Made by a program: the position numbers and the translations under genes. Positions 34,900-43,195 of a DNA stretch of 64,000 nt are shown one piece after another (within the stretch, counting starts at the first letter, position 1; each line of letters begins with the position of its first letter). Origin of the DNA: a virus (taxonomy: Duplodnaviria; Caudoviricetes); the IMG/VR virus record IMGVR_UViG_3300049563_000052, positions 1 to 64,000 of that record; one strand, written 5' to 3'. The notes under the pieces were generated by a model. That model was not told where the DNA came from. It did not search any database and saw nothing but the letters and a program-made list of their open reading frames with translations.

Positions 34900-35289
34900 A
34901 TGTTCGTCGTTCGGGCCCTCGTCCAGATCGTCCTCACCGTTGTCGTCGCCACCGCCACGTTCACCGCCGGGATCTTCATCCTCGGCGCCCTCAACATCAT
35001 CCACCCGGCCACCGCCGCCGCCGCCCCGGCTGCCCCGGTTGCCGCCGCCCCGGCCTGCTCGGCGCCCACCGCTGAGGCGGGCATGCACTTCGACGACTGC
35101 GCCAAGCTGGACGGCGCCAACATCGACGACCTGCGCACCGCCGAGGATGACCCGGCCTGGGATTGCCGCACCATGGGCGACCACGTGTGCGGCCCGGACA
35201 ACAGCCAGGGTGTTGAGGCCGGGGTGTACTCGCACAACGTGCGCTACATGACCTGGGAGCAGGCGCAGGCGCATCGCGAACTGTCCTGA
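34900..35289 (+). CDS. Exported protein with EDDP.WDC.TMG...CG motif
   Basis: N-terminal TM; leaderless. Confidence 0.65.
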   Translation: MFVVRALVQIVLTVVVATATFTAGIFILGALNIIHPATAAAAPAAPVAAAPACSAPTAEAGMHFDDCAKLDGANIDDLRTAEDDPAWDCRTMGDHVCGPDNSQGVEAGVYSHNVRYMTWEQAQAHRELS

Positions 35290-35300
35290 TCGGAGCTACG

Positions 35301-35329
35301 GCCCCGGCCCCTTCCGCGGGGGTCGGGGC
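35301..35329 (+). terminator. Hairpin terminator
   Basis: gccccggcccc/ggggtcggggc. Confidence 0.5.
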
Positions 35330-35463
35330 CGCGGCGTCTTCCCGGTCCACCGGCCCGCTCATCATTGACGGAAGCGCGCGGCCGGTGGATTCCCAAGGTT
35401 GCCCCTGATCTGGAGGCGATGCCCAATTTATCAGGGGGATGAGCGCCCGCCGGGCTCGCTCGG

Positions 35464-35634
35464 CTAGTCCCGCCGCGGTTGCACGGGCCCGCCGCAGTAG
35501 CCGCACATCCCGAGCCGTTGCCCGGGCCGCGGGTAGATGGCGTCACCGCAACACGGGGATCGCTTGGGGAAGTCCTCCCACCCCAGCGTGGGGCGGACCG
35601 TGAGCCGGAACACCGGCCGCGCTGAGCGCGCCAT
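35464..35634 (-). CDS. Small Cys-rich protein
   Basis: SPCCG..CGYCG. Confidence 0.45.
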   Translation of the reverse strand: MARSARPVFRLTVRPTLGWEDFPKRSPCCGDAIYPRPGQRLGMCGYCGGPVQPRRD

Positions 35635-35642
35635 GGCCCGTC

Positions 35643-35933
35643 CTAGTCCCCGCGTGACACCAGCCGCGGCGTGTAATAGCGGTTCAGGAATGCGTCCCCG
35701 ACGGGCATCGGCTCGTCGGGGACGCTCGTGTAATAGCGCTCCGAGTCGGGGACCAGGTGTGCCCAGGACCGGGTGCCGTAGTGCTCGGCCATCACGCAGG
35801 TGATCCACTGCTGGGCGTCGATCATGGCCTGGCGGCCGGGTGCGCCGGGCTGCATCGCGGCCGCCATCCGGTCCAGGCACCGCCAGCACGCGACCAGTTC
35901 CGCCAGCGGCGGCTTGTCGTCGAGGTCGGTCAC
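35643..35933 (-). CDS. Hypothetical protein
   Basis: GGAGG RBS, GTGA coupling. Confidence 0.55.
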   Translation of the reverse strand: MTDLDDKPPLAELVACWRCLDRMAAAMQPGAPGRQAMIDAQQWITCVMAEHYGTRSWAHLVPDSERYYTSVPDEPMPVGDAFLNRYYTPRLVSRGD

Positions 35934-36298
35934 GATCCCTCCGGCGGTGCGGACGAGGTGATCTGGTCGGCGTCCATCGCGAGCCGCAGCAGCCGCGCCG
36001 CCAGCGACCGCGCCTCGTTCGGGGTGAGGGCCAGATACGGATCGCCGAGCACGGTCAGGGATACCCACACCGGCACCTGCTTACCGTCGTCGGTGCGCCG
36101 GCCGCCGCGCTGATCCAGCCCGGTCTCGATGTCGTCGGGGAAGGTGCCGGTCATGAACATCCTCGTGATCTCTGGGGTGACGATCATGGGGTCGGACACG
36201 TACCGCGTTTGGCCGTCCTCGTCGGTCTCGGCGCGCAGCGGGATGAACGTCCCACCCGGCCCGGTCACGCTGACCTGCGGGTGCAGCGGATCGGTCAC
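35930..36298 (-). CDS. Hypothetical protein
   Basis: GGAGG RBS; LALTPNEARSLAARLL. Confidence 0.55.
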   Translation of the reverse strand: MTDPLHPQVSVTGPGGTFIPLRAETDEDGQTRYVSDPMIVTPEITRMFMTGTFPDDIETGLDQRGGRRTDDGKQVPVWVSLTVLGDPYLALTPNEARSLAARLLRLAMDADQITSSAPPEGS

Positions 36299-36624
36299 AG
36301 CGCCTCCAACGCGTCGTACAGATCGCCGGGCCAGCCGAAGCCCTGCGGCAGGTCGGTCGCCTCCGATGCGCGGGCCCACGCCTCCCGCACCGCCTCCACC
36401 CGCCGCTCCAAGGCGGGCAGGTCGTTGTCTGCGGCGAGGGCTTCGATGTCGGCGTCGAGTACCCGGTAGCAGTAGCCGGACACCAGCCGCATCGCCTCGA
36501 CCACCGACGCGTTCGCGCCGGTGCCCCACCCGAAATCGTCGGCGAGCGCGCGCAGCGTGCGGAAGGTGACGATCAGATCGGCGACGTCGATGTAGTTGGG
36601 GCTGCCCTGTTCGGGGGCTGTCAT
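36295..36624 (-). CDS. Hypothetical protein
   Basis: ATGA coupling. Confidence 0.55.
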   Translation of the reverse strand: MTAPEQGSPNYIDVADLIVTFRTLRALADDFGWGTGANASVVEAMRLVSGYCYRVLDADIEALAADNDLPALERRVEAVREAWARASEATDLPQGFGWPGDLYDALEAL

Positions 36625-36827
36625 GACGTGACCCGCTCGACGTCCACGGGCCCGCCCGCCTCGTAGTGCGCGATCGAGTCCCGCAGCGCGTTGACCGCCG
36701 CCATGATGCCGGGGCTGAACGGGTCACCGACGGGCAGCGCCCGCACTCGGGCCTCCATCCAGTCGGCCTGCTTGGTCAGCTCGTCGATCCGAGCGGCCCG
36801 GTCGACCGCTTCATCGCCTCCTGCCAC
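36621..36827 (-). CDS. Hypothetical protein
   Basis: GGAGGAG RBS; palindrome variant 36871-36889 with TACGAT upstream. Confidence 0.55.
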   Translation of the reverse strand: MAGGDEAVDRAARIDELTKQADWMEARVRALPVGDPFSPGIMAAVNALRDSIAHYEAGGPVDVERVTS

Positions 36828-37199
36828 GGCGTGTATCTCCTCCCGGCGCGCGTGTATCTCCGGGCATCGTATGCGCGCCAGGCGTGCCGTTTTCACGGGG
36901 GCTCGGCGACACCCCGGCACCCTGCCAGGCCCGATCGCAGTGTCAACACCGTCTTGACAGCCAGGCGTGTATCTCCAGACTCCGCGGGTGCACACCCCGG
37001 CCGCACCCGTTTTAGCGGGGGCTCGCACCACAGGGCGTGTATCTCCGCCCTGGCGTGTATCTCAAGGGCCTCTTACCAGGACTGCCCCCCACCGGGCCAT
37101 GCCCCCGCCCCCCATGATCCCCACCCGAGACCACACCCCCACGTGCGCACACCCGTGTGCGTCACACGTGTATCGAGAGCAAGGTCAGCAGAGATACAC
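36828..37199. repeat. Iteron-like GCGTGTATCTC repeats
   Basis: Direct copies at 36829, 36850, 36965, 37035, 37053; partial at 37167; inverted at 37191. Confidence 0.75.
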
Positions 37200-37257
37200 C
37201 TATCCTCAGCACCATGATCAGTAGCAAGCCATGGTGTTGTCACTGTTGTCGCTGACC

Positions 37258-37566
37258 ATGTTGTCGTCGTCGACTGAGCAGTTCGTGCGACCCACTGGCC
37301 ATCGCTGGCGCAAAGCTGTTGCGGCTGTGCGCAAACGCAGGCCAATGATCTGCACGCTGTGCGCACAGCCCATCGATCTGTCGCTTGCCTACCCTGACCC
37401 TTGGTCCTTCAGCGTGGATCACACGGTAGCGATAGCCGAAGGTGGAGACCCGTACGAGCCGAAGAACCTCGAACCAGCTCATCTGATTCACAACATCCAG
37501 AAGTCCACACGATCACACTGGTCTGCGATCGACGCCAGCGCATGGATCGCCGACGAAGACCCCTGA
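37258..37566 (+). CDS. HNH endonuclease (packaging-associated)
   Basis: CTLC..SVDH..GG....NLEPAH..HN..KS. Confidence 0.85.
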   Translation: MLSSSTEQFVRPTGHRWRKAVAAVRKRRPMICTLCAQPIDLSLAYPDPWSFSVDHTVAIAEGGDPYEPKNLEPAHLIHNIQKSTRSHWSAIDASAWIADEDP

Positions 37567-37810
37567 CCACAGAGGATCACCGAACATCATCGGTGAAGGA
37601 TCTTCAAAGGATCACACAAGGATCATCGCGACCACGTTTGTGCAGGTCAAGCGGGCATAGGGGGGGTACCCGGCCAGTTAGATCATGGCAGACCCGGTGA
37701 CCCGCTCCGTGCCCGTTTGTCTCCCCCCGCGATGCCCCACAGTCGTGATCTTCGGCTGGTGGCTGGTGCGGCGTGTCGGCGCTGGTCTGCGCGATGCCGG
37801 TGTCACGGTG
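37567..37810. other. Probable cos / genome-end region
   Basis: Non-coding, between HNH and the late operon; G-run+TACCC; TCTCCCCCC; six GATC sites. Confidence 0.45.
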
Positions 37811-37815
37811 TGCCG

Positions 37816-38568
37816 GTGACACAGACGCTTCCGCGGCGTACCGAGTACATGCGCGTCGATGAGATGCACGAGGCGGACATCAACCCGAAGGGCCACGACG
37901 AGCGCCGCATCAAGCTGTCCATCGAGCGGTGGGGGTTCCTGGAGCAGCCGGTGCTGGATGAGCGCACCGGCAAGCTCGTGCACGGGCATGGTCGTCTGCA
38001 CCAGCTGGTCTCCATGCTCGGCGAGGGGCAGGACCCGCCGGACGGGATCACCACCGACAAGCAGGGGCACTGGTTGTGGCCGGTGACGCGGGGCTGGTCG
38101 TCGCGCAGTGACGAGGAGGCGTTGCAGGTCGGGGTGGCGCTCAACCGGCTGACCGAAGTCGGCGGCTGGGCGGATCTGGAGGGCCTGACGGGGATCTTGG
38201 ACGCCGCCAACGACCTCGACCCGGCGCTGCTGGACGTGATCGGCTACTCCAGCGACGAGCTGGATGATCTGCACGCCACGTTGGAGGAGACGGGCGGGGT
38301 GGCGGATCCGCAGGCCCGGACGCGGGACGGGATCCCGGAGCGGCTGGACGCGTACGAGCACGCAGGCACCCACACGATCATCTTGGTGTACTCGAACACG
38401 GTCTTCGGCTGGGCGATCGACAAGCTGGGTCTGGTCGCCGAGCAGCGCGGTTTCGACTCCAACGCCGAGGTGGTGTTGGCGCTGCTGAGCGAGGCGGTCG
38501 GGGAGTCGCCGCCGCCGGGCAGCGCGCTCGACGGGGGAGGTGACGCGGATGCCGGTTCGGCTGCGTGA
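37816..38568 (+). CDS. ParB/Srx N-terminal-domain protein
   Basis: NPKGHD..I..SI.RWGF..PVLD..LVHGHGRL. Confidence 0.8.
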   Translation: MTQTLPRRTEYMRVDEMHEADINPKGHDERRIKLSIERWGFLEQPVLDERTGKLVHGHGRLHQLVSMLGEGQDPPDGITTDKQGHWLWPVTRGWSSRSDEEALQVGVALNRLTEVGGWADLEGLTGILDAANDLDPALLDVIGYSSDELDDLHATLEETGGVADPQARTRDGIPERLDAYEHAGTHTIILVYSNTVFGWAIDKLGLVAEQRGFDSNAEVVLALLSEAVGESPPPGSALDGGGDADAGSAA

Positions 38569-39538
38569 GATCCGGGCGCGGCGGCGGCTGACCCCCAAGC
38601 AGGCGTCGGAGTTGGTGGGGCTGACGGCCCCGGCGTACGACCCGACGTTCACCGATGCGGTGCTGGTGCGGGACGCAGGCTCCGGCGCCCCGCAGCTGAT
38701 CTACACCCCGATCGAGGGTGGGGTCGGGGACCTGCGGCGGGCGGTGTTGGGCATCGACAAGTGGAACCCGGTGCAGCGGGCCAGCGGCATGTACGGGGAC
38801 TCCCGCACGTTCGGGTCCTATCCGCGGCGGCCGATCTACGGCCGGGAGGGCTGCACCCCGACGCAGCTGTCCACAGAGAACCCGCAGCTGCACGGGGTGC
38901 TGCTGCGCTATGCCAACGATCTGAGCGCGTCGCTGGCGGAGTGGGTGCCGTCAGTGTTCGCACAGGGCATCGCGGAGGTCACCCCGGTCAAGGCGGAGTG
39001 GCGGCTGGGCGAAACCACCTGGACCTCCGGCGTGATCAACAATTCGACGGTGCTGCCGTACCACCGCGACGCCGGGAACTTCCGGGCCTGGTCGGCGATG
39101 CCCGTCATCCGCAGGCAGATGGCGGGCGGGGCGCTGCACCTGCCGGAGTACGACCTGACCGTGCCGTGCCGGGACGGGTGGTGTGTGCTGTTCCCCGGGT
39201 ATGAGCTGGTGCACGGGGTCACCCCGATGCGGCTGCGGCAGCGCGACGGCTACCGGTTCAGCGTGGTGTTCTATGCGCTGCGCGGCATGCGGGACTGCGC
39301 CACCGTGGCGCTGGAGACCGCACGCGCCCGGGAGATGCGCACCCAGCGGGAGCGCAGCATCGCGGCCCGGCTGGTCACCGGGGAGCCCGCCGACATCCGG
39401 GATTACCGCACCGCCGGGGCCGTCTCTGCCGCCCACGGCCGCGATCCGCGCGTCGCGAAGAAGGCATCCGGGCGGCTGATCGGCGGCCGGGACACCCGCA
39501 GCATGCGCCCGGACCCGCCGCGGGTGGGTGATCGGTGA
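38549..39538 (+). CDS. TET/JBP-family 2OG-Fe(II) oxygenase
   Basis: TSGVIN..LPYHRDAGN (HxD); GG.L.LPEY; LVHGVTP; RFSVVFY. Confidence 0.85.
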   Translation: MPVRLREIRARRRLTPKQASELVGLTAPAYDPTFTDAVLVRDAGSGAPQLIYTPIEGGVGDLRRAVLGIDKWNPVQRASGMYGDSRTFGSYPRRPIYGREGCTPTQLSTENPQLHGVLLRYANDLSASLAEWVPSVFAQGIAEVTPVKAEWRLGETTWTSGVINNSTVLPYHRDAGNFRAWSAMPVIRRQMAGGALHLPEYDLTVPCRDGWCVLFPGYELVHGVTPMRLRQRDGYRFSVVFYALRGMRDCATVALETARAREMRTQRERSIAARLVTGEPADIRDYRTAGAVSAAHGRDPRVAKKASGRLIGGRDTRSMRPDPPRVGDR

Positions 39539-40371
39539 TGCCGCGTGGACGTCCCCGCGAATACCAAGTGGCGGTGCCGTCGTTCCGGCGGGCGGACAGC
39601 CTCAGCGCGCGGGCGCTGCCGTGGCTGCTGGGGTCGGGGGTGCGGCCGAGCCGCATCACCGTGTTCACCCATGACCATGACGAGCAGCTGGACGCCTACC
39701 GCGCGCTGACCACGTCGGCCGGGGTGGAGTTGGTGACCACGGACCGGCGCGGCATTACCGCTCAGCGGGAGGCCATCATCGGCGCCTACCCGCCGGGGAC
39801 ACCGCTGGTGTGCGTCGACGACGACGTGACCGGCATCGAGGAGGCCCTGGACAAGAAACGGCTGCGGCCCGTCGCCGACGTCGACGCCCTGTTCACCACG
39901 ATGTTCACGGAGTGCTTCGCCCGGGACCTGTGGGTGTGGGGGCTGGCGCCGGTGGTGAACGCGTTCTACCTGACCCCGGGCCGGCTGTCCGAAGGACTCA
40001 AGTTCCTGATCTTCACGGTGTTCGGATGTTTCACCCGACCGGGGCATCCGGTACACCGGTTCACCGTGCCTTACAAAGACGAGCACGAGCTGAGCCTGCG
40101 GGCGTGGTGGTGGGACGGTGCGGTGCTGCGGCATGACGGGATGGCCGCCCGCGCGAACTTCTACACGCTGCCCGGCGGCTGCCAAGGCCAACGCACCCCG
40201 GCCGCGGTGGCGGAGTCGGTGGCGAGCCTGCGGCAGCAGTGGCCGGGGCTGATCCGGCTCAACACCCGCAAACGGGACACCGGCTACACGGAGATCACGC
40301 TCGCGGCCAAGCCCCGCCATGGCGGGCACCCGGCCACGGTCGGGCCGCCGGGACAGCGGAGGTCGGCGTGA
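39535..40371 (+). CDS. GT-A glycosyltransferase (TET-associated / GREB1-like)
   Basis: VAVPSFRRA; CVDDDV; KDEHELSL; PGGCQ. Confidence 0.8.
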   Translation: MMPRGRPREYQVAVPSFRRADSLSARALPWLLGSGVRPSRITVFTHDHDEQLDAYRALTTSAGVELVTTDRRGITAQREAIIGAYPPGTPLVCVDDDVTGIEEALDKKRLRPVADVDALFTTMFTECFARDLWVWGLAPVVNAFYLTPGRLSEGLKFLIFTVFGCFTRPGHPVHRFTVPYKDEHELSLRAWWWDGAVLRHDGMAARANFYTLPGGCQGQRTPAAVAESVASLRQQWPGLIRLNTRKRDTGYTEITLAAKPRHGGHPATVGPPGQRRSA

Positions 40372-40727
40372 ACGCCCGGCACGTCGAGCTCACCTGGGAG
40401 TACACCCGCTGGACGGGCGAGGCCCTGGAGCAGGCCATTCCCGGGGAAGCCTGCCGGTACTCCGCGACCGTGACCATGCACCCGGCCGCGCCGCCGCCCG
40501 GGGTGGTGGTGTTGGTGTGGGTGTTGGTGCCGTCGCTGGCCCGGCTGGGCAGCTACGTCGCCGGGGCGCACATGGTGCCGATCGAGGCGGTCACCGAAGA
40601 GACGGTCAAGGACGCCACCCGCACCGCGGTCGGGCATGCCCTGCAAGGCCGCACCGAACAGCTCAAGGCCCTGAACGGCGGCCCGGGTGGGATGGCGTTC
40701 CCGCCGCTGGATTGGAAGCCGGAATGA
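40368..40727 (+). CDS. Hypothetical protein
   Basis: GGAGG RBS, GTGA coupling. Confidence 0.5.
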   Translation: MNARHVELTWEYTRWTGEALEQAIPGEACRYSATVTMHPAAPPPGVVVLVWVLVPSLARLGSYVAGAHMVPIEAVTEETVKDATRTAVGHALQGRTEQLKALNGGPGGMAFPPLDWKPE

Positions 40728-40936
40728 CGGACCGGGTCTTCCACGCCGCGCAGGTGCGGCGCGGGCAGCGGGTGCTGATCACCACCACGGATGCGCCGGA
40801 GATGGCGCAGGACCGGGCGGAGATCGTGGAGATGTTGCAGCAGCGGTTCCCGGGGGTGGAGTTCACGCTGCTGTGCGGCGTGAGCGGGCTGGTGGTGACC
40901 AGCAAGGAAGACGGCACCCCCGGGCGGCGGGCGTAG
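40724..40936 (+). CDS. Hypothetical protein
   Basis: ATGA coupling. Confidence 0.5.
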   Translation: MTDRVFHAAQVRRGQRVLITTTDAPEMAQDRAEIVEMLQQRFPGVEFTLLCGVSGLVVTSKEDGTPGRRA

Positions 40937-41622
40937 TGGCGACCTCGCAGAACGGCTGGCCCGCGGGGGACGCGGTCCGGCTGCGCATCTGGGACATCCC
41001 GGGCACCGCGCGGCGGATCCGGCTGGCCGACGGGGACGCCGGGTGGCTGCTGGTCGACTTCGCGGCGTGGTTTCACCGCGAGATCGAGCCGATCGACGAG
41101 GGTCAGCTGGACGACTGGGGTTACGCGTTCCGGGTCATCCGGGCCGGGGTGGCATTGAGCAACCATGCGTCCGGGACGGCGATCGATCTGAACGCGACCC
41201 GGCATCCCCTGGGGAAACGCGGCACGTTCCGCCCCGACCAGGTGGCGAAGATCCGGGCCCGGCTGCGGCTGTACGACGGCTGCCTGCGGTGGGGCGGGGA
41301 CTACACCGGGCGCCCCGACGACATGCACATCGAGATCAACAAACCGGCGGGGGCGGTGGCGGCGGTGGCCGCCCGGCTCCGCGGCGGCGCCGCGCCGACC
41401 GAGGGGGATGACGAGTTGACACCCGAACAGGCCCAGCAGCTGCGGCTGCTGTGCTCGCAGGTGGTGTGGGGCGAGAAGGACGGCCCGGCGCCGTGGGGGT
41501 GGCCCACGTGGAACGGCGGCTCGGGTGAGGTGCTGACCCTCGTCGACTACCTGCGGCGCGCCAACGAACGCGACGAGAAGATCCTCCAGCTGCTCCAAGA
41601 CATCGCCGGGCGAATGCCGTGA
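40936..41622 (+). CDS. lysA: Endolysin, M15-family peptidase
   Basis: SQNGW; DDWGY.FR; SNHASGTAIDLNA..HP; WGGDY..D.MH.EI. Confidence 0.85.
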   Translation: MATSQNGWPAGDAVRLRIWDIPGTARRIRLADGDAGWLLVDFAAWFHREIEPIDEGQLDDWGYAFRVIRAGVALSNHASGTAIDLNATRHPLGKRGTFRPDQVAKIRARLRLYDGCLRWGGDYTGRPDDMHIEINKPAGAVAAVAARLRGGAAPTEGDDELTPEQAQQLRLLCSQVVWGEKDGPAPWGWPTWNGGSGEVLTLVDYLRRANERDEKILQLLQDIAGRMP

Positions 41623-42392
41623 GCACCGCGTTGCGACTGGTGGCACGGCCGGGGTGGGGGGAGCTGGTGGCGGGGGGATTGCCTGGTCCGGCGCCGCGGG
41701 TGCTGCTGTTCACCGGCGGGGTGGCGTCGCTGTGCGTGTGGTACCTGACGGGGGCGCCGCTGCCGGTGTTTGTGCAGATCGGCGCCCCGTACGAGCTGGC
41801 CATGGCGGAGGTGCTGGACGGGTTGGCGCAGCGCATCGCCGGGTTCGAGCCGGTGACGCTGACCGGGCCGCCGATCGGGGAGAACGCCGACGTCACCGCC
41901 GGCTACATCCCGCATCGGCACCTGGCGCTGCTGGTGGCGGCGGCGGCGTGGATGCGCCCCTCGGTGATCTACACGTCGACGGTGCTGGGGGAAGTCGAGG
42001 CGGACCGGTCGCGGGCATGGCACCGGGCCACCTCCCGCGCGTTGGCCGGTGACGGCCCGACGATCCGGGTGGTCGCCCCGGCCGCCCGCATGACCAAGAC
42101 CGGGCTGCTGCGCCGCACGCTGCGCGACTATCCGCAGGTGGCGGAGCTGCTGCCGTTGACGCGGTCGTGCTACCTGCCGGTGGGGCAGCCCTGCGGGGCG
42201 TGTCCGGGCTGTTTCCGGCGGGCCGTGGCCGAGTTCCACTGCGGACTGCGGGCGAACCCGCCGCTGCTGCCCGAAGAGGCCGGGTGGGGCAGCGGGTGGG
42301 CCGCGGCCCGGCAGATCGGGGTGCGGCGCTGGCCGGGGCTGGCCGTGGACGGGGCGCTGTCCGGGTTGGCGCTGGCCGGGATCCGGGTCTGA
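41619..42392 (+). CDS. QueC-like PP-loop protein with degenerate SGGxDS
   Basis: LLFTGGVAS; YIPHRH; MTK; TRSCY..PCGACPGCFRR. Confidence 0.7.
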   Translation: MSTALRLVARPGWGELVAGGLPGPAPRVLLFTGGVASLCVWYLTGAPLPVFVQIGAPYELAMAEVLDGLAQRIAGFEPVTLTGPPIGENADVTAGYIPHRHLALLVAAAAWMRPSVIYTSTVLGEVEADRSRAWHRATSRALAGDGPTIRVVAPAARMTKTGLLRRTLRDYPQVAELLPLTRSCYLPVGQPCGACPGCFRRAVAEFHCGLRANPPLLPEEAGWGSGWAAARQIGVRRWPGLAVDGALSGLALAGIRV

Positions 42393-42395
42393 GCG

Positions 42396-42653
42396 ATGAT
42401 CTCTGTTGAGGATCGGCACCCGGCCACGCAGCACCTCGCGCGGTGGCTCACGCCGAACATGCAGCTGCCGCCGGAGGCGTTGGCGGTGTCCACGCTGTGT
42501 TGGGACATCGGCGGGGACATGATCGCCCGGCTGCCGGATGGGCCGGAGCTGTCCGAGGGCCTGCGGAAGCTGCTGGAGGCCAAGGACTGCTTTGTGCGGG
42601 CCGCGATCGGGGCCGCGGCTGCCGCCGCCCGCGGACCGGGAGCGCCGCGGTGA
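42396..42653 (+). CDS. Small helical-hairpin protein, Acb2/Tad1-like candidate
   Basis: LPDGPELSEGLRKLLEAKDCFVRAA. Confidence 0.45.
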   Translation: MISVEDRHPATQHLARWLTPNMQLPPEALAVSTLCWDIGGDMIARLPDGPELSEGLRKLLEAKDCFVRAAIGAAAAAARGPGAPR

Positions 42654-43195
42654 GCCGCAGCACCGAAGGGCTGGGCCGTAAAAGCCCGCGGCTGCGGCGC
42701 ACCAAAGCCGAAACCGAGCAGTGCCAGGAGCGGGCGCATTTCCTGCGGACGGTGGGGGCGCTGGACTTCGACCGGATCGCCGAGTCCCCGGACCCGACCG
42801 GTACCGGGCCGTCGCTGTACAGCAACGCCGCCGCGGCCCGGCAGGCGTACCTGGCGCACGCGACCCGGGTCCGCGGCACCAAAGAAGAGCCTGCCCTGAC
42901 CGTGCGGGAGCGTCGCGCCCTCACCGATGATCGCTATGAACGGATACTGCAAGCGTGGATGGTGAAGGCGCTCGGCGGGTCCGAAACCGCGACCATGCTG
43001 TGCCTGCGCGCCCTGCACGACCAGCAAGAACTGTGGGGGCTGCGGATCCGACCGTCCTCACCCGACATCGAGGAGTCCACCGAGGACGTCGCCGATGACC
43101 TCGCAGACCGCCGCGCCACCAAACGCTCCAAGGCCCGCGCCGACGCTCTACGGCAGACAAGAGCCCGCCCGCCTACTGCTCCCCCCGGAGACTGA
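42650..43195 (+). CDS. terS: Terminase small subunit (putative)
   Basis: HTH-like N-terminus; immediately before TerL. Confidence 0.55.
   Translation: MSRSTEGLGRKSPRLRRTKAETEQCQERAHFLRTVGALDFDRIAESPDPTGTGPSLYSNAAAARQAYLAHATRVRGTKEEPALTVRERRALTDDRYERILQAWMVKALGGSETATMLCLRALHDQQELWGLRIRPSSPDIEESTEDVADDLADRRATKRSKARADALRQTRARPPTAPPGD

Noticed and set aside
1700-36889. Repeats as a CRISPR array or insertion-sequence ends
   Set aside because: Copies are dispersed, without regular spacers; no cas or transposase gene is visible
37816-38568. ParB partition protein for the parS site
   Set aside because: Only the ParB/Srx N-domain is recognisable, no HTH or parA is seen, and it overlaps the TET/JBP gene
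41619-42392. Complete 7-deazaguanine DNA modification pathway
   Set aside because: Other pathway genes are absent from the window and the PP-loop is degenerate
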